Part shown: positions 50,520-64,000 of the stretch, piece after piece
Layout: the number at the start of each line of letters is the position of its first letter
Position numbering within the stretch: the stretch's first letter is position 1
Assembly (NCBI GenBank): GCA_951406725.2
Contig: OX597816.1
Span: 90,706,001-90,770,000 of the forward strand
DNA: 64,000 nt
Origin: Octopus vulgaris
Lineage: Eukaryota
Direction of reading: 5' to 3'
Program-made: the position numbers and the translations under genes
Notes under the pieces: model-generated
Seen by the model: the letters and a program-made list of their open reading frames with translations, nothing else
Databases searched by the model: none
Told to the model about the DNA's origin: nothing

Positions 50520-50842
50520 TACCAGTTGAGCACTGGGGTCAATGGAATCGACTTATCCACTCTCCCGTAACAGCTGGCCCTATGCCATCATTTGAAACCA
50601 TTATCATTACTATGGAAACAAAGGCGGCGAACTGATAGAATTATTAGAGCGTCGGACAAAATGCTTTGCCGTATTTCTCCCAATTCTTTACATTTTCAGT
50701 TCATATCCCACCGGGGTCAACTCTGCCTTGAATCCCTTCAGAAGTGATAAAAATAAAATACCAATCAAATGCTGGGAATCAATGGTATCGAGAACTCCCT
50801 CCCCTCAAAACTATTGACCTGGTAACTAAATCAGAAACCAAT
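49958..50842 (+). mobile_element. Head-to-tail cluster of Meta-domain-like SINEs, tail type A with (ATT)n
   Basis: Copies at ~49958-50170, 50252-50465 (best preserved), 50520-50600 (3' part) and 50622-50842, separated by (ATT)n-like tracts. Confidence 0.85.
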
Positions 50843-51217
50843 ATTTAAGAAAATATTTTGAGATAAATTTTGAAAACTTATTACGCCACTAAAATAGTTA
50901 TTTTAATTTGTAACTCGATTTAATTGAATTAGTAATGCTGTATTTCTTACATTACTTGAAGTATACAACGGCCTGCTGAAGTGACTATGATATTAAGACA
51001 TATAAGTGCGAACGGCAAGTTATAGCAGCCAAATCCCACTGAAATCATGCACTACTGTCTTTAGGAGAGAAGTATTAATTAGATAATATAGTAATATGTG
51101 TTCTTTAAACTGAAAGGATAGCCACAACTGAAATACTTTTAAACGTATGTTTACTTGATAATGGTCAAAATAGACCTAAACAGCAAAACTACTTTCCTTC
51201 GCCTGTCACCCTGTGTT

Positions 51218-51251
<34 letters not shown>

Positions 51252-51983
51252 TGTATGTATTCTCTTTCTCTTTTTAACTTTTGAGTAAATTTTGACCGGC
51301 CACCTACTTGGTAGCAATGTTGTGCAGAAAAGTATGTTGTTTTGACCATTATCCTATTAATCTTAAGGTCTTGCAGATTTTTAAAGTCCCAGATATTGTG
51401 AGCATTTGTGTATGTCTGTTTGTATGCACATGTCTACGTATATGTATATTCCCCGTTTCACACACATTCATAAACATACATACACACATACACACATACA
51501 ACACATAAATACAAGGGACAAACACTTATTCTGCTTGAAAATTCTTACAGTTACGTTCATATAATATAATAGGAAAAGCAGTTACATACATTTTTTCAGC
51601 TTTTGGTGTTTTTAAGTGGCAAATATTAAGAAAAAAAGTGGGTACGAATATAATATAAAAACCTAATAAAATACTTTAATAGTTAAAACATTAAAAAATA
51701 AAAGATAATCACAAAGGGTCAGAGTGAAACATATGCAGTGAAGAATGAGTCAGAAAAAAGCAGAAACAAAACAAGATAAAATTGAGGATTTAAGAATTTA
51801 TAGAAAGGATGTTGAAAATAAGAAATCACTATTAAGTTTATTACTTCAATGGCTATTTGAATGAAGTAAATGTTTATTGTTTAGGCAGCTCTCTGATATA
51901 TCAGATATTGAAAATGTCTGAAGATGGGACTGAGAGAAGTGGGGGGAAAGACCGAGACGTTAGAGGGGAGACATTTGCATAAG

Positions 51984-52041
<58 letters not shown>

Positions 52042-52102
52042 GTGTGTGTATCTCCAGTCTCCATATTTGCATAACGTAATGAAAAAGTTTGCTCTATGTA
52101 TG

Positions 52103-52168
<66 letters not shown>

Positions 52169-52665
52169 TACATATGAAACTAATTTTTATCTACGTACGT
52201 TATGTAACTTAGATGTTCTTATTTATGCACTTGCATGCACTGACTCACATCGCACGCGTAGAGGCACACACTCATCTACATAAATGATATGTTTGTTTAC
52301 AAAAATGTCAGATAAACACGCAGTGTAACATACATAGATACTTACACATTTACAAAAAATATATGTATGCCTTGTGTATGCGCGCATGTATGCATGTATG
52401 TATACATATATGTACATATAAAAATAGTTAATTAAAGCTTGGGTATACACCTGGTAGTATGCCAATTAAAGCACGTTCACCGTTTATGGCTACCTGATGT
52501 CATCCAGAATACTGATATAAATGCCATTAGATCTATTTGAGGAATTCTTCAGTTTCGTTGAGTGTTTAACAAGTAAGTGAAGCAGAAAGCGGAATCATTG
52601 TGATTAATAAAGAATCGCGTGAATTCCATTTTCTGTTTCTCTCTCTCTTTCTTTCTCCCTCTCTG

Positions 52666-52706
<41 letters not shown>

Positions 52707-53298
52707 AATCATATACTAATATATTATATCGATAAGTATACATCAAACCATAACACAAATACATAAGTATAACAGTGACATTTTTTTTTTTTGGTTTTGT
52801 GTTTCAAATTTGGACTGTTCAGATTATCGGAATAAATTTGTTTTCTGTTACGAGTCCAAATCAGTCTTTTCTTTCAACATAAACATCTGTGACTTCGTCT
52901 TCCAAAATATGGGAAGAATGATCAGATTTCTGCAGGACTGCTTGAGAAATCTACTTTCCAGAAATTTCTGCTGGTTTTCCAACTTCAACACACACACACA
53001 CATACATGCATACATACATACGTGCATACATATGTATGTATTAGTGAATTTTTTCTCCACTTATGCAGGGCATGCAATGCAAAACTAATATATAATAAAA
53101 ATGAATGCCAATAAGACATCAGATTTTAATTTAAATCTCATATTTTTTATGAAACACAGCTAAAAAGAGGTTATTTGCATCATACACGCTCTATGTGAAT
53201 CATTTGAATTACATTGTATAAATTTTATAATTGTTTTAAGTGAGAGGGGTTACTCCTGAAATAGAAACATACACACATTCATATATAAACCTTCAGTC

Positions 53299-53354
<56 letters not shown>

Positions 53355-54079
53355 GTATGTATATGTGTGTGTGTGTTTGTATATATATATATATATAAAT
53401 ATATAGTCTATAAACTATGCGCTATATATGTATGTGAACATTATATATGTATACTCATATATATGTGTATACACACACTCACGTATACATTCATAGACGT
53501 GTACATATATTAATATTGATATATATATGTGCATATCCGTGAGTGCTTGTGAGTGTGTGTGTATGTGTGTGTTTGCGTGTGTAGTTGCGTGATTGTGGAT
53601 TGAAAAGTCGAGTCTGCTGGTGTCGCTTGCAGGAATTTTCCGTTCACGGTCCTCTGGTAACAGCATATTGTGAAGGGGAAACTTCCACTTCTACTCACGC
53701 AAATTCAGCTTTGAATAATGCCAACCTCCCTCTTTCCCTTCCTCAATTATTTAAATCGTATATTGATTGCTGAAATAAGTCGGTATATGATTGCCCTCAT
53801 CTACGGAACCTATGACTTTCCTCCGCAAAACATTATTGGACAATACTCAATCTGTCTACAACAGTCTCAATCTATCGTTGATTATTCTTGATCATGTTTA
53901 CCTATATTAGGCATCATAAATGAATGTACATATAATGGCTTGCGTGTACATTGATGGGTCCCTGTAAGACATATAAGCATGTACGTGTGCATATATATAT
54001 AAACATATACTCGCATACATATACGTATATATATGTGTGTATATATATACACATATATACATACACACAACCCCCCCCC

Positions 54080-54450
54080 CAAACATTCTTTTATTTGACT
54101 TAAAATATAACGAAAAACTTTCGATACAATGAATATCGGGATCTGAACTTGATACATCTGTTTATTCCTTTACTTCTACGGAACACTCAACAATATCAAA
54201 ATTAAGTATCAAGCGGAAATAAATCTCATCATAACTTTCTATTAACCCACTCCATACAGGTCAAGTAGATATCTTCCTCTGTTCTCCCCTTCATACACAA
54301 TTACTTCCCCGGTCACCTGCATCACACTTAATTATCATTCACATAGTTTCAACTAGCCGGTCCAGAAAAAAAAATCTTGTCAAAGACTTTCTAAGCCCAA
54401 ACAGAACTCAAGTAGAGTGTGATTTAGACGACTAAGCTGAAACTTCGTAG
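54080..54450 (+). mobile_element. Possible Penelope-like ORF N-terminal relic (tentative)
   Basis: Near 54380-54450 reads PNRTQVECDLDD then KLR, like the PLE KGL.F.P...DL..F.RKLR region; abuts a long (TA)n. Confidence 0.3.
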
Positions 54451-54461
54451 TAACTCTCATC

Positions 54462-54464
<3 letters not shown>

Positions 54465-54558
<94 letters not shown>

Positions 54559-54593
54559 TATATAATATATATATATAACTCTCATACTGTTCC

Positions 54594-54674
<81 letters not shown>

Positions 54675-54725
54675 ATATACACGTATACACATACATGCAT
54701 ATATATAAATATATATATATATATT
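54465..54725. repeat. Long (TA)n microsatellite
   Basis: Direct reading. Confidence 0.97.
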
Positions 54726-55869
54726 ATAATTTGTACGTCTACTAAAATCAATTTTTTTCCGTAATGGGTTTGTATGCCCTAATATTAGGCGTAATATTAA
54801 TATACGGTGAAAACTTATAATTATAGTGACAAAACTTTCACTCGTCACCGCTTCTTGTCTTACGCAGATTACGTACACACATACGTGCACGCACTTACTT
54901 ACACAATACATACATACATACATACTTATGTACGTGCATACATTCATGCATAAATATATGTTTGTTCGCGTCCGTGCTACATTAATTTAGTCCTGTATCT
55001 CTGGGGAAATTCTCCAGGAATACCACAGAACTATTCCTGTAGATGTCAGTCATTAAATATATTAACATATCCACTGCTACATGTATTCAGTGCCTTATTC
55101 AAATTGTAGTTTGTTTCGTGTCTAAAACAATCACAACCAAATTCAATTATCTATCCGTTATATTTATTTTTACACACAACTTACACTGAGTGATACCCGT
55201 TTTATTAGTGGATTGGCGATTATAATGTACCTTGAGAGTATTGCATCTTCAGCTGTTGCCCAGCAAGCAATGGTGCTACTATTGCATTTTGGTTTCTCTC
55301 GGTCGACACACAGCCCTGTGCTTACGTCATCATTGCAGCCACCATACCAAACGAATGTAACTGTAACTACACAATCAGGCTGCAGCTATTTTGTTTACGA
55401 CATTCTGAGGATTTGTGCATTACTCTCAGTTAATTCTTTCACTCATATCCTTCTACCATATTCATTATTAGTCATTTTCTATTTCTCTTCTCTCACTTTC
55501 TCAATCACTATTCTGATGATATTCATGTTTCGTACGATGCAAGTAAAATGGGAAAGAGAGGTTCTAGCTTGAAACCTAGGATATTTCAATATCCTAAGTT
55601 ACAAGCTGTACACTTTTATCCTCATTTAAAGAGCAATTTCTTAAGTCCATTATATTTTAGAGTCTTCTTTTCATAAGCCCGCTCTATATTGACTTACGAG
55701 GCACCGTCGACTCAACACTGAAAACGTTTGTTTTTTCACCAAGCCAGGTGATGTCATAAGGTGAGAATATTATTTCGTTATTACAACGCGAGTGCTTCCT
55801 TCAATTCCACCTGCAGTTTTCAGATGTTTGTATTGTGTGCATGTGCATATATATATATATATTTGTATG

Positions 55870-55971
55870 CCTGTGTTTGTCCTCTCCAAAATCGCTTGAC
55901 AACCGATGCTGATGTGTTTACGTCCCCGTAACATAGCGGTTCGGCAAAAGAGACCGATAGAATAAGTACTG
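55870..55971 (+). mobile_element. SINE internal fragment (19700 family)
   Basis: atcgcttgacaaccgatgctg..tgtgtttacgtccccgtaac..agcggttcggcaaaagagaccgatagaataagtact matches 19932-20012. Confidence 0.85.
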
Positions 55972-56810
55972 TTTTTATATCTGCAGCGGTAAAAAACGTC
56001 AGCTGCATTGCTGACTTGCAAATGACCTAGGGGTGGAATGAAAACACTTTTGAATTGCTCATTTAGTATTTCGCTTGTCTTCATTGGGTTTCCAGTGAGT
56101 GAACCATCTTTTTCGAGGAGTGGCCCTATTCTGCAGTGCACTGAGGTTGCTCCTTTGGCAAAAATTGTAGAAGGCTCTGGGGTTAGATTTTTTTATTTTC
56201 TATAGCCCAGGCTTCCTTGTCTGCCCTTTCTTTTTCCAGGGAGAGTTGCAGATTGTTTTCCATTTCCAGCAGTTATATTTTCAGGTGGGATTTTTCACTG
56301 CTTTCAATTTAATTGTTTAGGCGATTTGAAATTTTTGTACGACGTCTCACAAGAATGTTCCTCTCACTGGGGATTTTGTTCTTGTGTACAATGGCCTTTC
56401 TCTCCGGGACACATTTGTAGCATATGGCTTGCATTACAGATTTTGAGAATTTCTTGTAGGCTGCATGTCCATGGTTTCCTTTGGTCCGTGCATGGTCAGC
56501 TTTACCATGTTGTGTTCCGAGAGTAGCGCCGGTGTCACTTTCAAATTATGGATGAGATCCATATTATTTGTGAAGCAGAGATCCAGTATGTTACCTGCCC
56601 TGGTTGGTTGAAGTTCAGGAGGTTCAGGAGGGACTTCACATGTCCTTGTTCGCATCGTGCCATTCCTGGGAGAGAAAGGCCCTCAGGCCATCCAACATTG
56701 GGCAGATTGAAGTATTCCATAAAAATTACACTTATGTGTTGTCCTAATGTAATTAGAACTTCTCTTTTTGTAAGGCAGTCTTCAAACTTGCCTACATGAT
56801 TCGGAGCATC
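55972..56810 (-). mobile_element. CR1-like LINE fragment (APE endonuclease end and linker)
   Basis: [62 protein letters not shown]. Confidence 0.83.
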
Positions 56811-56811
56811 T

Positions 56812-56886
56812 ACATATATATTTATATATGTATATATACATGCATATACATGTATAAATATATATAAATATATATGAATATATATG

Positions 56887-56946
<60 letters not shown>

Positions 56947-56989
56947 AATATATATATATGTATGTAAGTATATATATGTATATATATGT

Positions 56990-57027
<38 letters not shown>

Positions 57028-57125
57028 GGATATATATGTATATATATATATGTATATATATACATATATATATGTATATATATATATACATATATATATG
57101 TATATATGTATATATATATAAATAT

Positions 57126-57161
<36 letters not shown>

Positions 57162-57162
57162 A
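56812..57162. repeat. Long (TA)n microsatellite
   Basis: Direct reading. Confidence 0.97.
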
Positions 57163-58826
57163 AAAATGGGAAAACGCAAAACATCCCGTATGTATACATA
57201 CATACATGCATACATATTTTATGCATACTTACATGAACCCACTTATTTTCTCCTCTTCATCCCGCACGCACACATATGTTTATATTAGAGAACAAAATGC
57301 TGAACAGCACTAAATTATATCCGCTTAAGAGGTTTACAAATTAAAATATGTCATCTAATTCGCTGTCGGTTTCAAATCGCAGACGTTGTTCGGTATTAAA
57401 AAATCATTATTGACTAAACAAATGCTGCGAAGGATTGGCACATACTGCGTTTTTGACAGTGTCATCGTATGTGGTGCACCGAAACCGCCTTAACACTTCT
57501 GAAGAAGCTGCATGCAGCATAATCATTTGAAACATTAGCATCATTTGTGCAGTGTGCTTTCTTTGCGCAGCTGCATTTACACTCAACGTTATTGAATCAT
57601 TTCATTTCAAACATATTGATCTTAGTGAAGAACATATGTCTCCAAGGTTTTCGATCGCATGTGGGTGTGTTCTAGGGCTTGTCAGTCAAATTTATGCATT
57701 AAACATCTGCCCATGGAGCATCGGTAATCTAGTAATCCCAGATAGGATTTGTTTATGGGTTTTCATTGGTATTTGATTAGATCACATTCGATTTCTTCGT
57801 GCTTGCATCAAATAAGATTGCTTCTATTCATCATTAAATATTTCGAGGCGACACAAAAGATACTCAGAAGCATTTATATATAGAACTTGTTACGATCCTT
57901 GATTGCTGCCTATATAGAATCTGAACATCAGACCAATAAGACAAATTATTACTAAATAGACATTCACTATCGTCTCAAGTGGTATGTAGTGGCTGTTCCA
58001 CAAGTGTCAAGGAAGTGAAACTAAATCCACACTGGTTTTTATAGTTGCTTCAGCTATTGTACAGTTACAATTTATAACAGACTCAAGATACGTTTCCAAC
58101 ACTGGGTCTTTGAAAAAGAATGAATTGGAGTAACTATGTCTGCACCAGACCCTGACTGGCCGGATAGTTGTGCCTTCGGTTACACCAGAAGTGAATCTTT
58201 TACTAATAAACTTAGTCTGTTATTTGTCGTAAAAATCACAACCAGCCATAAATAGGTCGGATTTACACATTATCACAAATTTCTGTTGGTTGAAGAGATT
58301 CCTCCAGAAATGATATATATATCGATTCTAGACCTATATGTTTCCAAATACAGATTCCAGCTTCCTCAAAAGCCTCATATCCTGTTATTAGCAAGAGTAC
58401 CGCCATGCTTAGTGTCTAAGGAAAATCGTGGCCAATGGCTGATATACACTGGTGGAAATAAAGGATATCTCCGATCAGTTTGTAGAGGCTTGCTGAAATA
58501 AATGTCACGAAGAGTTTCAAATTTTTCTTTCTATTTTCTTTTTGATATTGTTCTGTTACCGCAGTGTTTCCCTTTACTCCTAACCCCTCTTCGTCCATTT
58601 CCCTTAGACAAGCCATATCCTGTGGTTTATTCCAGTATCGACACGCCCAAATTTTCAAATATCGTCATTCAACCTGAACAGTAAGGACTTTCAACAAGTG
58701 AGAAGGAATGATGGAAGAGAAAATGAAAAACCAGAAAGATAAATAAAGGATGTGATGATAATGCAAAATATTTCTTATAAACTTTTACGTTATATACACA
58801 TGCAAATAGATACAGACACATACATA

Positions 58827-58877
<51 letters not shown>

Positions 58878-59324
58878 GTGGTGTGTGTGTATGTGCTCCG
58901 GTAAGAGTATGTTATGCATACATACTAACATAGACATATAATACATACATGCAGGCATATACATACACATAAACGTATATCTACGCACATACATATATGA
59001 GTACACACTCATACACATATACACATATAATACATGTATCCGTGAGAACAAAGATCCAACAATATTCTTTTATTCTGTAGGATTAAACATGTCGATTCAA
59101 CGATAGATACAGGTTCTTCACTACACAGACACACTATGCATGTATATATGAAATACTGAACACACGATACAACATTCTTTCCCCTGTTCTACTCAAGAAA
59201 ACAAGGACTCAGCGCTCATTGAGCCGTTTTGACTGTAGATCCTTGGATATAGCCGAACGCATACACATGAATATAGATACATATTTGTGGATACAGATAC
59301 TCATACATGGACACATACATCATT

Positions 59325-59419
59325 CATATTGAAGAAACAGATGTATTATCTGCAATCAACAAGATGGGTGCGTACTCTGCATAGACACCGACGGCTTCCC
59401 TTACAGTTCTACTAAAGAC

Positions 59420-59458
<39 letters not shown>

Positions 59459-59750
59459 CGAAGCAAAGCTAAACCACTTCAGAGAATTATTTTAATAAAA
59501 AAGAGGGAAAAAAACCCTAGCCCTGAAATAGGGGGTAATGATATGATACCTAAAGGAGGAAATAGAGAGGGATTTAAAACTATAGATCCGTTTTCTTGAC
59601 TTCATAGACCACAATAATTGTAGTGCGAATTATCAGGGAGAAGATGATAACGTTTTTGGAGAAGAACCAACTGTCATATGATAGCCTGTGTGGATTTTGT
59701 GAGGGTAAATACTGCATTAAATGACTTCGACAATATAAAAAGTCGGTACT
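59325..59750 (+). mobile_element. CR1-like RT N-terminal fragment interrupted by (TA)n
   Basis: IEETDVLSAINKM, DGFP, IPKGGNRE, NYRSVFLTS, RIIREKMITFLEKNQL..GF.EGKYC. Confidence 0.78.
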
Positions 59751-59831
59751 AAGGCATCACTTTGCCAATTCTAGAGAAGTTTGTGATGCGTCCAGACTTT
59801 GCCAAGACATTCATATATTTCTGAACGAGTA

Positions 59832-59839
59832 CGCACACG

Positions 59840-59932
<93 letters not shown>

Positions 59933-59936
59933 ACAC
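59832..59936. repeat. (CA)n microsatellite
   Basis: Direct reading. Confidence 0.98.
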
Positions 59937-61049
59937 CTCCGAAGTCAGAAATCCACATTCTTTTTCGTTGGTGTTCCCTCTGAAATCGAATCCACCGCTC
60001 TAATCAGCTTATCTGCTAATCAGTTGGCAGCAGCTTAAAGACATTCTGATGGGATGAATCCTGCAAACATTTGTAACAAGAGATAAAGGAGACCCACTGG
60101 AAAATGTTTGTTGTTTGCAGGCTTGGTTACGATTCTCACCATATCTATATATCAAACATATGCTTCAAAAGAAACAACTCAGTTACGGGAAACAACTACA
60201 GGCTTTAAAGTTATTTAGCCTGGTGTGCATTTATATATATATATGTATATATAACCAAACACACTGCTGTTTCGTCGTACAAATTATATTCTTCTTTATT
60301 CCATCATTTTAGGAACAAGAGTTCATAACAAAAACAAACGATGTTACAAGGCTACGGGGTGAAACTTTCCTTCCTTTGCCTAGGAGTGAAAGCTTTCCCT
60401 TTACTAGTTATATTTTATTCCTCTATAATCATAGTGACAAGAATTAGCGAGCACTAAGTCAAGAACCTAATGCGGGACATGTGTTGGGTCATGAGAGAAA
60501 AGCTTTTACTTCTTAAGAAAGCTTTTACCAGTTAACCATGGGAGGAAAGTGTTCATTTCTGATCTTGAAATTTCGTCTGCTTTGTTATACGCTTCTTTCC
60601 CAGTAAATCAGACTGATGAACTTTGTAACTTGCTCGAGGAAGTGTCCGTCAACGTTGGCCTAAAATAAAATCATTCATAATCTACTTTATGAAACTGAAT
60701 ACTCTTCTTTTTATATTTGATATAGCACTCAATACATGGAGGAGAGTGGAATGATAAGTTTACTTATATAAAGTGACAGTTTACGCGAGTTTTTCCTGTG
60801 GTTGGTAATTTTCATCCATAAAAGTAGAGAAAAGAGAAAAAGATGCATGTACACATTACATACGTGCATCCACCAAATCACTTACCCAGCCATGCATACA
60901 TATATACATACATGCACACACATATACATATATAAAGTTTATAAATTCATATGGACACACATATACATGTATTTGAGTATGAGTGTATTTCAGATGCTAT
61001 TCGTGAACTGGACCTGAAAGATCACGGGCATACGTAGCGAATGCCAGTG

Positions 61050-61112
<63 letters not shown>

Positions 61113-61654
61113 AAATATTTATACACATGTATATATGTGCGTACATATGCTTGTGTGTGTACATCACGCATGTGTGTGTGTTGTGAATGATTAAAGTAAT
61201 TTCAATTACATAAATACATTTGTATGTACATGACTTGGATCATGTTTCATTACTAATGTATTTGAATATCTTCGGAATATCTTGATCTGGCAGTGGTTAT
61301 CTTCACACAATTCTTTTATGTTATTTAAGGAACTTCATTGTCGTTTTCCTCTGATCTATGCATCAGCAATTATATTCATTGAGGATTGGGACGGATCGAA
61401 GAATACATAGTAATATCCAAATAAACTGTGGATGTAGATACAAAGGATGTATGACGGAGACTAGGGTTACTAACAAGAGTTTTGTCCACAAAGGTCTTTG
61501 TCGGTGAGGATTGTATATGTATCTGCAACTGGAAAGTTTCTCTCCTGGGCACAGGCTTAAGCAATGCTTTGTTTTTCTATGGAAGATCGGTAGTTGTCTA
61601 TATAGTACATCTTAATTTTTCTGGGCATCAACAATGAAATGAAATAATGATTTC

Positions 61655-62377
61655 CTCGCGGAATTTGATCTCAGAACGTAAAGACTAACGAAATACGCTT
61701 AAGCATTTCGTCCGACATGTTAACGTTTCTACCACCTGGTCGCCTTAATGAAATGAAATGAAATAATGGTTTCCAATTTTGGCACAAGGTCAGTAGTTTC
61801 GGGGAAGGAGTTAAGTTGGTTACATTGATCTCAGTGCTCAACTGGCATTTATTTTTCGAATCCGAAAAGATGAAAGGCAAAGACGACATTGGCGGAATTT
61901 GAACTCAGAGCATTAAGACGGACGAAATACCGTTAAGCATTTTGCCCGGCGTGCTAACATTTCTTATTTCTTTATTGCCCACAAGGGGCTAAACATAGGG
62001 GGGACAAACAAGGACAGACAAAGGGATTAAGTCGATTAGATCGATTCCAGTGCGTAACTGGTACTTAATTTATCGACCCCGAAAGGATGAAAGGCAAAGT
62101 CGACCTCGGCGGAATTTGAACTGAGAACGTAACGGCAGACGAAATACCTATTTCTTTACTACCCACAAGGGGCTAAACACAGAGAGGACAAACAAGGACA
62201 GACAAACAGATAAAGTCAATTACATCGACCCCAGTGCATAACTGATACTTAATTTATCGACCCCGAAAGGATGAAAGGCAAAGTCGACCTCGGTGGAATT
62301 TGAACTTAGAACGCAACGGCAGGCGAAATACCGCTAAGCATTTCGCCCGGCGTGCTAACGTTTCTGCCAGCTTGCCG
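61655..62377 (-). mobile_element. Tandem multimer of Meta-domain-like SINE (four units)
   Basis: Units at ~62149-62377 (full head, tail B), ~61966-62148 (headless, tail B), ~61766-61965 (tail A-like) and ~61655-61746 (head only). Confidence 0.88.
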
Positions 62378-62584
62378 TCTTCCATGTAATGAAAGGTAAA
62401 ATTGATTACGGTGGGATTTATAATCAGAATGTAAATTCCCTGATGAAATCTATAAGGCATTTTATCTAGGCCTGGCGATTCCGTTGTTCTGCTGCCAGAA
62501 AATACAGAAGTAAAAAACACAAAAAAAAAAACATAAAAAGAAACTTTTTAGAGAACTTAAAAAAAAATTAATAATAATAATGTC

Positions 62585-62735
62585 TAACATAGACACAAGG
62601 CAAAAAATTTGGTGTGAAGGGAACAAAACTAGGATTATATCAACTCCAGTACTTGACTAGTACTTATTTTGTAGACATCGGAAGGATTAAGGTAAAGCTG
62701 ACCTAAACGAAATTTGAACTGCCAACGTTACAAGT
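62585..62735 (-). mobile_element. Degenerate Meta-domain-like SINE
   Basis: ccagtacttgactagtacttattttgtagacatcggaaggattaaggtaaagctgacc. Confidence 0.6.
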
Positions 62736-62932
62736 CACAGAATTATCTATAAGCTACAAAGCGTTATGTTTGGGTCTGTGTGTCTGTGAATATCTCCCAA
62801 TATACATCCTAGGATATATTTTTATATGCAATTGATGAGGAATGCTCAATACTCTGAAGTAGAACCAAAATAATGGAGTCTAACATACATTTCTCGATTT
62901 ATATATCTATATACGCAAAAGCACTACGTACT

Positions 62933-62993
<61 letters not shown>

Positions 62994-64000
62994 CATTTCA
63001 CACGCACAAATTCACATACAGACGACATGTATGCGTATGTACTCATATGTATAATAGATAAGATATATGAACTTATGTAATGTGTTTTTGGTCAGCTAGG
63101 TGGCTGCTTTAAACGGACCGAATAGTATTGCTTTCTAACAGTAAAAAGATGGAGACAAAAACACTAATAGCCAGGTACAAGAACCTCTTGAGGCAATCTT
63201 CTTGGCTTGAGGAAATTTTCCAACACACAGCGACGTAGTACGAGAGCAAATGTTTTCATTTTAAATTTATAATCTCTTTGAAAGGTTCCGTGCATGTTGA
63301 GAGACATTGACTGTTTGCATTATTAGAAAGAATGATTCTTATAGCAGGTTCGGAAATCATAATAATCTCTAGTTATCTGTTAACTATGGGGATATAATAG
63401 AAAAAGCACACGAAAAAGGATAAAATTGAACGAAATCATCACGATTAGGGAACCAAAATAAGTCAAAACCAGAAAGCGAATTACGTGGAGATATCACACC
63501 ATGTAGAACTCCACATATTTTGGTGATTTGTTTAATTTGACTTCTTGAGACGGATTACAAGCAATTCATTGAAAACTCAGTAAAATATATAAAGAATTAA
63601 CTTACATCAGGCATTTTCCAGATAATCTCTGCTCCTGACACACACGAATCAGTAATAAAAATAGAATATTTGAATGGTATATGCTATTAGACTCTGTTGA
63701 TAAGGCAGAAACGAGAAATTATCACCTAAATGTAAACTATCCCTAAACAGCAGAAGATTGTTTTTTGTTCAAAATTATCAGAAGAAAATACGAAAGATGC
63801 AACAAAATGTTGGGTTATACTCACAGATGGAATGCCTTTATTCATAGACCTTCCCAGTCAGTACCGACTCGTCGGTAATAGACAAAAAAAAAATTCGAAA
63901 GCGAAAAACAAAAACAAAGCAAAAACCCGGCAACAATGCTCTCCTTGCTTACGGCGGTGAAACTCTTTGATCCGGGAACCAGCATCCTAACCCACACAGT

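Noticed and set aside
56541-57288. Long YI-repeat ORFs (also 22525-23017, 29003-29284, 30481-31093, 48719-49284, 51881-52283, 54457-54947)
   Set aside because: Stop-free frames through (TA)n, (TCTA)n and (CA)n repeats; only the 3' tip of 56541-57215 overlaps the CR1-like relic.
57380-58700. Possible hAT C-terminal and CR1 RT relics
   Set aside because: Similarity too faint to support by eye; needs BLASTx/HMM search.
60540-60680. LLEEVSVNVGLK*N, an RTE RT-like fragment
   Set aside because: Single short motif with undefined boundaries.

Overview
AT-rich, microsatellite-saturated eukaryotic DNA with no intact host protein-coding gene that I can support. The SINE, LINE and microsatellite repertoire matches what I recall of octopus (cephalopod) genomes; this assignment is inferred from pattern recognition, not from a database search. 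The first ~14.4 kb is a pile-up of about ten fragments of restriction-like-endonuclease (R4/Dong-clade) non-LTR retrotransposons, most bounded by (TAA)n/(TAC)n tracts, including one young 5'-truncated copy (8526-10240, minus). The rest contains four tRNA-derived SINE families, RTE and CR1-like LINE relics, Penelope-like fragments with hammerhead-ribozyme-like motifs, a composite non-autonomous Helitron, a pogo/Tigger deletion derivative with an intact fused ORF, two mariner-type MITEs and several fold-back structures, including a ~340-bp zero-spacer palindrome at 28590-28930. A possible decayed host pseudogene lies at ~17.3-21.4 kb. Most ORFs in the supplied track are microsatellite or antisense artefacts. 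I found no convincing wholly new system; the best leads are the hammerhead-bearing repeats, the palindrome, the microsatellite-targeted R4/Dong cluster and the Tigger mini-ORF. Boundaries of degenerate elements are approximate.
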